A stretch of DNA of 60,874 bases, filler included, from Sphacelaria rigidula (taxonomy: Eukaryota): assembly GCA_964200075.2 (NCBI GenBank). It is 9 parts of 9 records of this genome, joined end to end, with 100 filler letters (N's around TTAATTAATTAA, not from the genome) between each part and the next. Parts side by side here need not be neighbours in the genome. Positions count along the whole stretch, not along the records: positions 6,777 to 13,451 come from CAXNAA020018697.1; positions 13,552 to 20,226 come from CAXNAA020018698.1; positions 20,327 to 27,001 come from CAXNAA020018699.1; 6 more parts are not named here. The stretch is one strand, 5' to 3'. This document shows positions 10,501-22,468 of this stretch, piece after piece; the stretch's first letter is position 1; each line of letters starts with the position of its first letter. A program made the translations under genes and the position numbers. A model generated the notes under the pieces. The model worked only from the letters and a program-made list of their open reading frames with translations. It made no database searches and was not told the DNA's origin.

Positions 10501-13246
10501 CACTACGCGTGCAGCAGCGGCAACATGGAGATAATCTCGATGCTGCTGGCCAAGGGGGCCGACCCTACCGCCGCGGATGGCCTGGGAAGGACGCCTGCCG
10601 AGCGGAGCACGGGACCCAGCGTGCAGGCGCTGCTGGAGGCGGAATCATACAAATGTGAGTTTTTTTCACGAGAAAGTTGGTTCGCTCCAACAGATCATCC
10701 CCCTTTTCAACGCTAGCTCTTGTTCTCTGGCGACGGCAGGGGGAGGGGAGGTTGATGTGGAAGCGGTGCTGAGGGTGCTGGGGGTGCTGGGCGTCGACTA
10801 CGGCCGAAAATATCGCCCCGCACCGCTCAGTTTTTTCAGTTGAGGGCCTGGAATTTTGACATTTGATTCGCAAGAATCGCTCCATTTTGTCTTTGTTGTT
10901 GTCTTCACATCGATATATATATACACATCCATATATATGTATACCACGCTCACCTTTTTGTTTGTATTTATTTTCGCAGATTTGACGTTCGATTTTTCAT
11001 CCCTTGTGTAGAAGAACGTGAGTGTGTCGCATCTCGGTAGGAAAAAATGTTACTTCGTATAAGAAGAAAGTGACTGTGGAATGAATGTGTTGGCGAGTTT
11101 CTTGCAAATTACGCGTCCGAATTTTAGATCCCATCTCGAAGAACTGAGCAGTCCGGAGCGATTTTCGCGATATTTGTCCAAGATCGCTCTGCATACTGCC
11201 CACACAAGTTACTTTCACTGCTGGGATTTTTAGGGTTTTGGCAATAACTTTCGAACAACGATGAATCGCGGGTTGAGGAATCGATTCTTGTTTTTTCGCC
11301 TGTGGGGTTCTACGCTCAGAAAAAATTGAGTATTTGGAATCATTATTTGTCATGGGAATAAAAAAGAGCCGATACGAAAAACGGATGCAAGAAGGGGAAA
11401 CAAAAAAAAAAGGTACAAGCATGGAAACAGACACGAGTTTCACGACCACTATGATGGACGGGTTATTCCTAAGATGAATGGCTGCGCGTGACCGCCTCAT
11501 CACCCAGTTGTAACGGTACGGTCAGCACGCCCTGACTCAATGGTACTCAGAAGGTGTACGACCAATGTCAGACAACATGGTTTTCCTTGGCTGATCCAGC
11601 TTGTGCGGCTGCACCAGGATTTGTTTCGAGGTTGTTGTTGTTTTCTTTGCCGTATTACTTGAGATGATGTGGCGACGTGCAGTGGCATGCTTGCGCGGTT
11701 GGCTTGTGTACCGGGCGACTGTGCGGAGCATGGAGCAAGTATCATCGTGGTGCGATCCCCAACTCCACTCTTCTTCCTCTCCTTCCTGTTCTTTCCCGTA
11801 CCCTCTCTCGACAATAATGTAGTCATGAACCCTATATCCCATCGCGTGTGCATGCGCATACACTTCCATGTCCGATAGGTCAGGTGAAGTACGTTTGTAC
11901 AGGGTCTCAGCCGTCCCCGATTTTTTATTTATTTATTCTACACGCGTCTATTTCCACCATGCGGACAAACGGCGGGAAATTTTTGAGAGCCGACCCGAAA
12001 ACTACCTATTTTCGCCTCCATCACGGTTCGGGGGGAGGGGGGGGGGGAGTGCTCATTTGTTGCTTGCGTTGGTTATTTGACAATTGAGGGCGTGTCTTAG
12101 CACATCAGTTTTCAATCGGAAAAGTGCGGTGGAAAACAAAAAAATCCAATCTAATTTGTCGTGATTTCAACCATCTTCAAAGTAAACTACGATTGTTGAA
12201 ATCACGACCCATCGGATCGGAGTTTTCATTTTCCACCTCACAATTGCGATCGAAAACAAATGTGTCAAAACACGTCCTGACCACGCAAAAAAAAAAAATC
12301 TGAACCCCTTCGCCGTCAATAAACTAGTAAGCCGCCTTGAAAATCTCCTTGCCATTATACTATTTTCAACGTCCCCACCCACTGCCGCGTCCTTGCCGTG
12401 GTATGCCGTTACGTACTTCCTTTGTCCCAAAATTCGCCGAAAAAATATGAACGGCGCCAACATGGGAGTAATTTTTCTTCTCTTGTTTTCGCATAGGAAT
12501 ATTGCTGTTGTTGTTGCGTGGCATCGTATGCGTGATGTCTTCTTTATGAACCCAACCGTGGCATGGCCAGCACTTCTGTTGGAGAGGTATGATCTGCACC
12601 CCATAGATCCACGCCCTGGATAATAGATCATTACATTTATTTGCTGAAAAGTGCACCGCGTACAGTATCGGCTATCTCGTTTACTGCCATGAGACAATAG
12701 ATTCCACGCTGTACGACGCAGTACAGTACAGTACACTTTATGACAATATAATATATTATGTCGTCATCATCCAAGGCTTGCATAGTTCTGGATGATGACT
12801 CATGGGACAGGGGAAATATGAATATGTACCTGTATCCCGACTCCACGTTTACAGTGTATCTCGTCCCGTCCTTTGTTGACTGGGTGAATCCTAGTCTACC
12901 GACGATGCTGATTTTTTTTTTCCTTCTTTTTTTCTTCTCTTTTTGTTCGTCTCTTGTTCTTTCCTCGTTCGTTCACCTCTTCTGATCTTGATCTTTGGGT
13001 TGCCTGTTATACGTACGTATATACGTGGATGTACAAAAAATGTTGATGTGAAAAACAACGATGACGGCGATGGATGATGACTCAGCCATTCCGAAGAACA
13101 TAGCGCAAATCCGGAAGCAGACGGAGGCGTTGCAGCTGCGCGTGGATACAAATGAAGCGATATTCGTGCAAAAAGCGATCGCCATCAAAGGCCTGCGTAT
13201 CGCTATCGAGGAGAAGGACACGGAAATACGCGGGCTGAAGCGAAAG
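7587..13246 (+). CDS. Ankyrin-repeat plus coiled-coil protein, partial; join(7587-7695, 9292-9443, 10440-10654, 13086-13246)
   Basis: All exons have AG/GT boundaries with compatible phases (0, 2, 1). Translation includes WGADTSAVDDRGRIP, NDMTPLHVASFNGLTDIVGLLLDGGADPNATDEDRDTPLHYACSSGNMEIISMLLAKGADP (ankyrin TPLH motifs), then a heptad-like IAQIRKQTEALQLRV...IEEKDTEIRGLKRK. The last exon is less certain. Confidence 0.88.
11965..12360. mobile_element. Diverged foldback/MITE-like inverted repeat in an intron of the ankyrin gene
   Basis: GTCGTGATTTCAAC (~12158) pairs with GTTGAAATCACGAC (~12195). Imperfect pairing extends outward, e.g. GGTGGAAAA with TTTTCCACC. Confidence 0.6.
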
Positions 13247-14538
13247 GTGAGTGAATCCTGAATCTTTTTCGGAACGATTCTTGAGAAGCAAATTTGACAA
13301 CTTGAGAGTTTGACACTGTTTACACTTTTTTTTTGTTCGTAAACCAGTAATATAAAGTTCCGAGAAGAGGGGGGGGGGTGTACTCGTGATCATCCATGCC
13401 ATAGTCAAAAGACCATTGAGAAGGGAGGGGGTGTGCTCATGATCATGCATGNNNNNNNNNNNNNNNNNNNNNNNNNNNNNNNNNNNNNNNNNNNNTTAAT
13501 TAATTAANNNNNNNNNNNNNNNNNNNNNNNNNNNNNNNNNNNNNNNNNNNNGTTCTCATCCTCAATGAAAAGCACCATCCTCAACATAGATGATTGGCTG
13601 TTCTAACGAGCAACGCTCTATAACCCATATTCAGCTAAATATCATATTCAGCTAAATATCATGGGCTCAAGCCGCGCATCGTGTTATACCATGGTGTAAT
13701 CCGCACCACTGACTCCTGCGGCCACGATCGACCGACAAAAGGCTAACCCAGTTTTCAAACTCTCCCGTCATCCATCATATCCACCTACCTAGTAAAGATC
13801 TGAGGTTCACATCATCGTGGGCATTGGCCGCGGATTGTTTAATGCGCTGGTATAGTCCTCTCTTATGACTCCTCCTGTGGCTACGAATATCCAAACTCTT
13901 GTGCGCCGTGCTTACACGAATGGCCTTGGGCGAACGGAAATGTTCCGGTGCGGTCATGTGGCACAGTGCGAGATATTGTCTAGCCCGTGGTGAGCATGGA
14001 GGAGGCTTCCGGTATACCAGACACTGTCCGCATCATCGAATTTCGTCATCTTCCGGAGGAGCCCATTTTTCGTCCACTACCATCACTGACAACCGCAAAA
14101 GAACGATGGGTGAACTAGACTAGACGGGTGCGCTGCATTTATGAGCTGTTCGTTGTTTTGTGCCCCTTCTTTTCACTGCTAAGCTATTCACAGCCCCGCG
14201 GCACCACTCGAAAAAATACCATTATTACCAGGTGAGTAATACTTGATCGTCATCTTGAAACCTTGATCTTCATAAGCCTCACGTGTGTATGGCAGAATAG
14301 TTGTCACTGCGGAACGACATGCCATCAAACAACAACATACCAAACTTAGACAGTATCCATACACTGACCCGCACAGTATCACAACACATGGAAGCGCTAC
14401 ACTACACGATCGAAGTGGGTTGTCATGTTTTGTTTTCCGACGACAAACTACGACCAGAACTCCCGTGCATCTCATCGAAAACACTACGGACATATGACAG
14501 TTCTCTTCTCTTCGCCTTAGTTCTGAAATGGTACGTAC

Positions 14539-15100
14539 CTTTGCGAGGGTTCCCGTCGGGATGAATGACTCGCAGGCAAACTTGATGCCGTCGTCTTCAG
14601 CATCCATCACCGCACTTCCACAGAGCCCTCGATCTTCGTTGTCGGTCGCGTAGAAGCCGTCCATGAAGTACTGGCGTGCCAGGACGGCCGCACCCGCCGC
14701 AACAGGAACAGAATATGACGTGCCAGACGCCTGTATCAGTCCGCAGGATCCAGGCCCTCCGTTCCAAGCGCTGTAAACCTGTACAACCACATCAAACATT
14801 CCATCCACCAGTAAACAATCAGCGAATGTTATATATTTCGTAAAAACGAATAACGCACAATATCGGCACTAAACCGGGTGACGATCCACACATGAGAACC
14901 GGAAGAATAACTCCATCCAAATTACGCGCACACGTTTACACAAAAACAACGGCATTCACACAGCAACGACACCTCATTTCCACGCGAAGGACCACACTGC
15001 ACTGTAACACGACACTGTGACACGAATTATCTGCAGAAATCCCTGCCGAACCAATATCAAACTCAGCATCACTCTGACTCTGACTCTGACTCTGACTCTG

Positions 15101-15137
<37 letters not shown>

Positions 15138-15178
15138 CCACCACCACCACCACCACCACCACCACCACCACCACCACC

Positions 15179-15260
<82 letters not shown>

Positions 15261-18200
15261 CATAAACCAAGAACGTACAAATTCCCCCGGAGCGACGATG
15301 TCAGGCTTTATCCGCCCGTCGGAAGTAGGGCCGATGCCGCTGAAGAGCGACACCGTATCCATGTCTCCGGTGGTCATCCGAACGCTTCCCGACATGGATG
15401 ACCCCACCGCCAAGCCGTTCTTCATGACGGAGGGAGACGCGATACTGCATCCGTCTGTGGTCTCTCCATAGTTTCCGGCGGCGAAGATGAGCAAGTGCTC
15501 CGGGTTCTGAGGCGCGCGCGAGAGGCAGGGGGTATCAACCGAGGTCAAGAACAGATACCGCCCGCTTGCGAGGTAAGCTCGAGGCCTTCCTCACGGCCTA
15601 AAGGGCCACCCACACCAGGGGTGTGAGGTACCCTGTTATGTGCTCCACGAGGTACATGATAGAATATACCACCGCAGAAACAGACAGCCTAGACGTGACA
15701 TCAGGGTGCTTTTAAATGCGGGACATTTTCGCTTTCAATCTTGCCAGTAATGGCATATTGACTCGAGAGGATTTTGTAGCCAACACGGACTGGACGCAAA
15801 GTCACGCGCATACACACAAACACATGAGCTAAAGGAAGAGAGAAACAATATGTACAGGCTGGTCCATCCAAAGTTGCGTAGTTACCCATGGAACATTTGT
15901 GCAAAATTTCACAGTCTAAATCCTTGAAACGGCGCGAAGGTTTCGCGTATGTACGATGAACCTTGCCGTGCAACGGTGAAACCACAAAATACTGGATTCT
16001 AGTGTGAGAATGGCGTTTTCGGGCCTTTTTTCGACGTCAACCTAAAAATTCAAGCTTCAGTTAATCGAGCTTGGCCACGGAACTGTGTGGGACTCTTCCG
16101 TGGGTTTAGCGCCGACAGGGTGTTTGCGAAGAAAAGAGAAAGATATCGTAGTGCCGGTTTCCCGGGGTCCCAGAATGGAGACTACTTCGAGAAAACGACT
16201 TGGATCCCGTCGGACGCCCGAAAACCGGGGGGAAGAATCAAGAAGTGGAAAACCCTATGGCACAATTGTGCAAGGTTTCAAGGTGTAACTCCTAATAACT
16301 GCGTGAAGGTTTGCGCTGTTGTGCGAGGAAGTGAGCTTAAAACGTGCAACTTCTAACTACTTGGTTCAAGTATTGAAACGTCTTTTGGGGGTGACATACA
16401 CGTCAAGGTAGGAAAAACTGTGTGCAATTTCCGAGTTTCTCGCCCAGACTTTGTACATGTGTTCCTTGGACTATCCCGGGACGCATCATAACAATGTTTC
16501 TTTTTCTGTTGAGGCGTTCTGTACCGCCTTCCGGGGGTCTTTTCACTGAGACCCGCGGAAGCCGGCAGAAAAGGAGATACTTTGAAATCTTGCCGAGAAT
16601 ACCATTTCTTCCGTTCGGAGCATCAGTACCTGCGGAAGTGCCAAGTTTGAGGATGATCTGATCTTTTCCACGACAGATATAGGGGAAATCGTCACGAGGC
16701 TCCCTGGGTCCTGCGTACATATTGTAATGCGTGAGAGGACCGCGTGCTTAGTTAAAGGACCGCATCGGAATTTGAACATCCCTATGGTTAGGGTTAGGGT
16801 TAGGGTTAGTGTTGGGGTTATGGTCAGGGGCGTGGTACCTGCAGGGACTGGCCCGATTGGTTTCGAAAAAACGTCGATCCTGAGGTGTTTTGAACTACGG
16901 CGCGGTCCTCTAAGCACGCGGTTCTCTCACGCATTACACATAATATCATAATGAGTGTAAATACGATGATGCCGAAACTTCACATCGGCGGAACATAACG
17001 GTTTCGGGCTAAATTCGACTCCGTTGGAACTGTTTCCGGGGCTGTTTCTCCGGTCAGATTCCCGAGCTGATGACGGTTACCATGATTTGGAGTATGTGGA
17101 GATTCAGATAAAGCTGGGCTTGGAATTTGTGTTTTCAATTTTCGAACAATATCAAAGGTGCTGATTGCAACACCGTATTGTAGCTCAAACAAAAATCCGG
17201 CTTTGTCACCCTCTGAACACGGGATCTTACAAATTGTGGATGGATCTTGTATTGGGGATGAGAAGCACGGCGACTTAAAATCTTCGTATCCACACCAAAT
17301 CTTCGAAATATGGTTCCATTTTTTCACCTACTGATAGCAATTGACAACTGCTAAACGCCATAGAAATTTGGATTTCTACCATCAAAATGTTGGGGTTCTA
17401 GGTCGAAAACCCATTTCGGAACCGTTTTGGCGTCCGTTCGGACACACGGAATTCCCCACATTTGGTTTTTTACCCAGGACCCTAACATTTCGGTGATTGA
17501 CATCTCAATTTCTACGGCGTTTTTCTGTTGTCAATAGCTATTAGTAGATGAAGAAGTGGAACGACAACTCGAAGCTTTGGTGCGGATACGAAGATTTTTA
17601 TTCTCCGGGTTTCTTATCTCCAATAAAAGATCCATTCCCAATTCGTAAGATCCCGTGTTCTCGTTGTCTGTTTATTGCGGCCAGTATGATACCATGTATG
17701 CGACTATTGCGCGCGTATTGCGAAAGACATTTGCTGATGACAGAATTTTGGGTCTTCCGCGTGAACTAGCTTGTTGTATCAAACAAGAAAAACAAAAAGG
17801 GGAATATGTTGACCTCGAGACAAGATCGAGAGAAACAAAAACAAATGGGAGGGTTCACCGGGAAACCATCCTCACCGAACAGGATGATGAACAGATGTGA
17901 AGGATAGCTTGCTGTCCACGCAAGGAAGAGAAACAGAGCACAGCTTTGATGTCGATGATACGCCAGATACAACCACTGTATGCAGCTGTGTGATTACTTT
18001 TCTGTAACATCCACAAAAAAAGGACCCAAGAAACATGGAACAACCTTCATTTCGCAGGGGACGTGACTTCAAGAGTTTTCCTGGTCAAGTGATTCCTGCC
18101 GAAAACCTGAGTCAAAGTAGCCCCTTTCCTCTCCCCCGTACCCACTCGCATCCCTTCTCCCCACGGGTGTGCACTCACCACCACATACATCACGTCCTGC

Positions 18201-18485
18201 GAGTATTGACCAGTCTCTCACCTCATAGGCCCATGTATCATACGTGATCGTAGCCACGTTCACAGTGCACACGTCACCGTCAAAACCCCAGGCGTTACTG
18301 TGCACCCTTGCACCCGTACCGGCCGCCGCCTCCCACATGACTCCGCTGGGCTCGGCTTCTTGGTCATTCGCTGAGCCAGTATCGAACACGGCGATCGAGG
18401 CTGCGGGCGCGACACCAATAGACTCCGCCAAGTTTTCAGTGCGGTCATCCGACAGGCAGTTCTCCCAGACACCGTCGCAATCATA
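14539..18485 (-). CDS. Subtilisin-like serine protease (peptidase S8), partial; complement join(18222-18485, 15279-15506, 14539-14778)
   Basis: Three phase-0 exons with AG/GT ends. Motifs: GVAPAASIAVFD, ARVHSNAWG, LIFAAGN (oxyanion Asn), GPTSDGRIKPDIVAPG and SGTSYSVPVAAGAAVLARQYFMDGFY (catalytic Ser). Confidence 0.93.
15070..15260. repeat. Compound microsatellite (ACTCTG)n-(CAA)n-(CCA)n-(CAA)n
   Basis: Directly visible; intronic. Confidence 0.95.
16723..16938. mobile_element. MITE (~215 bp) with ~29-bp TIRs and an internal (TTAGGG)n tract; inverted sister copy at 19541-19751
   Basis: TGTAATGCGTGAGAGGACCGCGTGCTTAG ... CTAAGCACGCGGTTCTCTCACGCATTACA, with internal GGTTAGGGTTAGGGTTAGGGTTAG. Confidence 0.85.
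17215..17660. mobile_element. Foldback MITE with long imperfect TIRs
   Basis: GAACACGGGATCTTAC pairs with GTAAGATCCCGTGTTC. The core is related to 19021-19459. Confidence 0.8.
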
Positions 18486-18840
18486 CTGTCGTTTGTTGGA
18501 GATGGGGATATTAAAAAGGAAAACGAAACCAAGCCAAACCATCCAGGAGCATTGCGGTTGCGCTTGCTTGTTGTAGTATACGAAGCGAGTACATGACTCA
18601 TATTAACAGATGTATTGAGGGCAGGCAAGTTCTGAAGTCGATGGTTGACAACGGAAGGGGGTGATGACGACCACCATTCCTGATGGCAGGTATGATTTGC
18701 GCCGGTCGGCCGATGGTTAATAACAGGAGAGGGCGATGACGACCACCAACAGTGCTTGTGGTGAGACATATGAAGAAAAAGGCAAGGTGTGCGTTCTAGT
18801 ACGCTGTGGGACGAGAAAATGGGACGCCGTGGGGTTTGGA

Positions 18841-18915
18841 AACAACAACAACAACAACAACGATAACAGCAGCAGCAACAGCAGCAACAGCAATAACAGC
18901 AATAACAGCAGCAGC

Positions 18916-19009
<94 letters not shown>

Positions 19010-19010
19010 C
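18841..19010. repeat. (AAC)n/(AGC)n microsatellite
   Basis: Directly visible. Confidence 0.95.
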
Positions 19011-19020
19011 AAACCCCGAC

Positions 19021-19459
19021 CAGCCGATCATCGAAATTGATCATGGAGCTTTGCGTTGCGTATGAGAACATGGAAGATCAAAATCTTCGTATCCACATCA
19101 AAGCTTCGAAGTATGGTTCCATTCTTTCACGTACTGGTAGCTCTTGACAAGTACTACATGCCATACTAATTGTGATTTCGATAACCGAAATGTTGGGGTC
19201 CTAGGTGAAGAACTAATTTCGGGGAATCTCGGCGATTCGATCGTATCACCTACATCTTTCTCAACAATATCTTTATCTAGGACCCCAACATTTCGGTTAT
19301 CGAGATCACAATTAGTATGGCATGTAGTACTTGTCAATAGCTACCAGTACGTGAAGGAATGGAACCATATATCGAGATTTGATTTGGATACAACGATTTC
19401 AATCCTCCGGGTTCTCATCCTCAGTGAAAAGCTCCATTCTTAATTTCGATGATCGGCTG
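19021..19459. mobile_element. Foldback MITE with ~185-bp TIRs
   Basis: CAGCCGATCATCGAAATT pairs with AATTTCGATGATCGGCTG. The inner arms (19110-19205 vs 19278-19370) are near-perfect reverse complements. Confidence 0.85.
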
Positions 19460-19540
19460 TTACCGCCGCCACCAACAATAACAACATCAACACCACCAAC
19501 GCCACCACCACCACCAAAATACAACAAAAACAACAATATC

Positions 19541-19751
19541 TGCAATGCGTGAGAGGACCGCGTGCTTAGAGGACCGCGCCGTAGTTAAAAAAACCTCAGG
19601 AACGACGTTTTTCGAAATCAATTGGGTCAGTCCCCGCAGGTACCACGCCCCTTACGCGTACCCCAACACTAACCCTAACCCTAACCCTAACCATAGGGGT
19701 GTTCAAATTCCGATGCGGTCCTCTAAGCACGCGATCCTCTCACGCATTACA
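19541..19751. mobile_element. Second copy of the telomere-repeat-containing MITE
   Basis: Same TIRs as 16723-16938; interior inverted, containing (CCCTAA)n. Confidence 0.85.
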
Positions 19752-19864
19752 ATATCAACGACGCGACGACGACGACGACGACGACGACGACGGAAGTCTC
19801 TGCGATGACAGAAAACGAGAACGCGACGATGCAACAGGAGTGGAGTGTGGGAAAGCGTTGACAC

Positions 19865-19901
<37 letters not shown>

Positions 19902-20418
19902 TGTCGGCCAATCTATTCTGAACGCCTGTCTACACCTTTTTTCGGTAAAATATGTGGGCGCACCAGCCGAGGTCACACAGGAGGAAGGCCAACACAGGAT
20001 TTTTTTCCCCCTTTCTTTTAGTAACCCACCTTCCTTCTGCGAGTAGGACCACATATTCGCACCAAGGTCTACAATTAAAAGTGGATCCTGAAAGATGGGA
20101 TCCATCTCAAATCTGAGGTTGAAGTGGCATTCCTTTTTTGCAGGGATGACGCGAAACACTTAGGACCGAGCGAAGCCATCTTCCCCCCCAAATGTCCGCA
20201 GCAGTTGAGCAGCTTTGGCTAGGTGCNNNNNNNNNNNNNNNNNNNNNNNNNNNNNNNNNNNNNNNNNNNNTTAATTAATTAANNNNNNNNNNNNNNNNNN
20301 NNNNNNNNNNNNNNNNNNNNNNNNNNAACTGCTCGTCGATAGGACTCGGGGCTGGTCGTTATGGGGCCAATCCCTTGTCAACAAAGCATTGTGAAAAGGG
20401 GATTATCCCCTTCGTTAA

Positions 20419-20519
20419 CCCTTAGACCGCGAGATTAGTCTTTCTGGATCATGCATACTTTTTTTCTTCACTTGAAATTGATGCCGATTCAACAGAAGAC
20501 TAACCTCGCGGTCTAAGGG
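20419..20519. mobile_element. 101-bp piggyBac-type MITE with TTAA target-site duplication
   Basis: TTAA|CCCTTAGACCGCGAG ... CTCGCGGTCTAAGGG|TTAA. CCCT/AGGG termini with TTAA are typical of piggyBac. Confidence 0.88.
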
Positions 20520-21363
20520 TTAATTAAGACAGGCCCTAAGGGGTTGCGCATGAACGTTTAACACCGCAAAAATGATCCTTCGTGGTTCGGTTACACGCGC
20601 GTGAGCGTCGGGCACGCTGTATAAAAATAGCATGGCTGTGCCGTGCACTACAGCACACTCGCCACACTTCAGTCGTTCCGCAGGCAGCCTCCAAGTACCA
20701 TCAACAGCAGCAGGGCTAAGCTACATGTAGACAAAATGGCGTCAAATGCTGGCGAACAGATGAGTTCGGAAAACGAAAAGAAAATGAAGCGCACAAGGCA
20801 TGAGGTTCCATGAAGTACACGTCGACTCTGCTATACATATCTAGATCCTGCTTCATGCTAGCCACGCCCCCCAATGGATTCAACAGGCATGACGGTAGAG
20901 TACAGTAGTACAGTACCGTACAGAACAGCACCGTACATGGTAGTGCAATAGTCAGTAGTCAGTAACGGATCGGCAGTTTTTTAACGCCGTTAGTTACAGC
21001 TGACAGCACAGTTGATGGTGTATCTCGTACACGAGTCCCGATTTATGATACAATATCCAAGACCACCCACCAAATCGCATGCTATCAAAATTCACCGGGA
21101 ACATGGTATATAGCTGTAAGTGCGATACTCACCCAAGTACCCACGTCACGAAACACAGAACACAAGAGTGGATTCGCTATAACATACTTCATCCTTTGCA
21201 GTTTCTCCGCAGCCCCAGGTCCGTGCACGCAATTTTTATTTCTTCTCCACGGTGCTCTCACCTCCCACGGCTTGCTACTGTAGGCACTGGAAGCCAGTGC
21301 GGCAGCTGCTCACTCACACTCACGCACTTTTTTTTCAAGACAGTCAACGGAAATATAACTCAC

Positions 21364-22468
21364 CTTGCACCGACGACTCCTGAGGTTGTGCATACCCTCT
21401 TCCTTGTGGACAGAGCAGAACCTTGGCGACTCACCCTCGTAGCCATAGTGGGGTTTGACGTCGCAGTCAGGCATAGCACACCTTTGCGGCAAAATCAAGT
21501 GAAAATACTACTGTTGTTATGTGTAGTAAGGGCTACTGTGTTTGTACAGGCAAGAAAATCAAGTAAAAACCGAGAGTGGAGTACAGGCTGTAGCCGCTTG
21601 TTAGTTAGGGAACTTGCTGTGTCGTGGGCACAGGAATTCGACTTCACTATACACGGGGGGAAGGGACTACTGAACCTTTGTCGTGATGAAAATATAGGCA
21701 AGCACCGCAGAAGGAAGGTGGAAAACCAGTAACAAAAATGATGACATTCCTGTGTTGACTTCTCTCCTGAGCCCGGCTACTCGTAATGTACCCACATATA
21801 CCAAAAGGTGTAGACTGGAGGTGTAAAGCATAAATGATAATAAACAAGACACAAACACACACACACATACACACACTGTTGTAGGTGGATGCCGCACGAG
21901 CCAAGGAGTGTTCAAATAAATACAAGTGGTAAGGTTAGGGTGTCACTGCCACGCACACATGAATGCGGGAACAGACGGAGAAGGGGGAAGGGAGGGGAAG
22001 GAGGGAAAAGGGAGCTGGGAAGGGTTGTGTGTGTATTCTTCGAGTCTGTGTGTCTTTTACGTATGGAAGCGTCGGCATTGCATCCCAAGTCGGCTTTTTC
22101 GACATGTCTCCGATGTAGAGTTTTACCGAACGAAACAAAGAAACCAAAACTATGCTTTGTGATGAGACGTCCCCACGAAAACGCGCTCGTGTTTGCCCAC
22201 ACCCAAAGACACAGGAGCAGACACCACCCTTTACGCCACAGCACCCACCCAATAAAATACAGCCCACGTTTTCAATGAAAATCAATCAGATAACCATTGC
22301 GAAACCCACCCCCGTTGTACCCTTGAAAGCAACTCACTTTTTGTTGCGGATGTCCAGGTGCGACGCGTTTTTATGCAGATGGCAATATTTGGGTCCGCGC
22401 TCCTGGGTCGTGTCGCGCTCGTAGTACCCTGACTTCTTACAGTCCGGGAATGCGCAGAAGGTGGTCAT
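21364..22468 (-). CDS. EsV-1-7 cysteine-rich repeat protein, 5' part; complement join(22338-22468, 21364-21481)
   Basis: MTTFCAFPDCKKSGYYERDTTQERGPKYCHLHKNASHLDIRNKK / CAMPDCDVKPHYGYEGESPRFCSVHKEEGMHNLRSRRCK. These are two C-x4-C...C-x2-H repeats, the second with the typical P-x-YG and HK-x2-GM. The phase-2 GT-AG intron is compatible. Confidence 0.88.

Noticed and set aside
10716..10843. Extra ankyrin-gene exon after 10654
   Set aside because: The phase-1 continuation hits a stop after ~18 codons, whereas 13086-13246 continues in phase with coding-like sequence.
14936..19147. Poly-C/V/L/N/T ORFs in the track (also 7223-7800)
   Set aside because: They are translations of intronic microsatellites.
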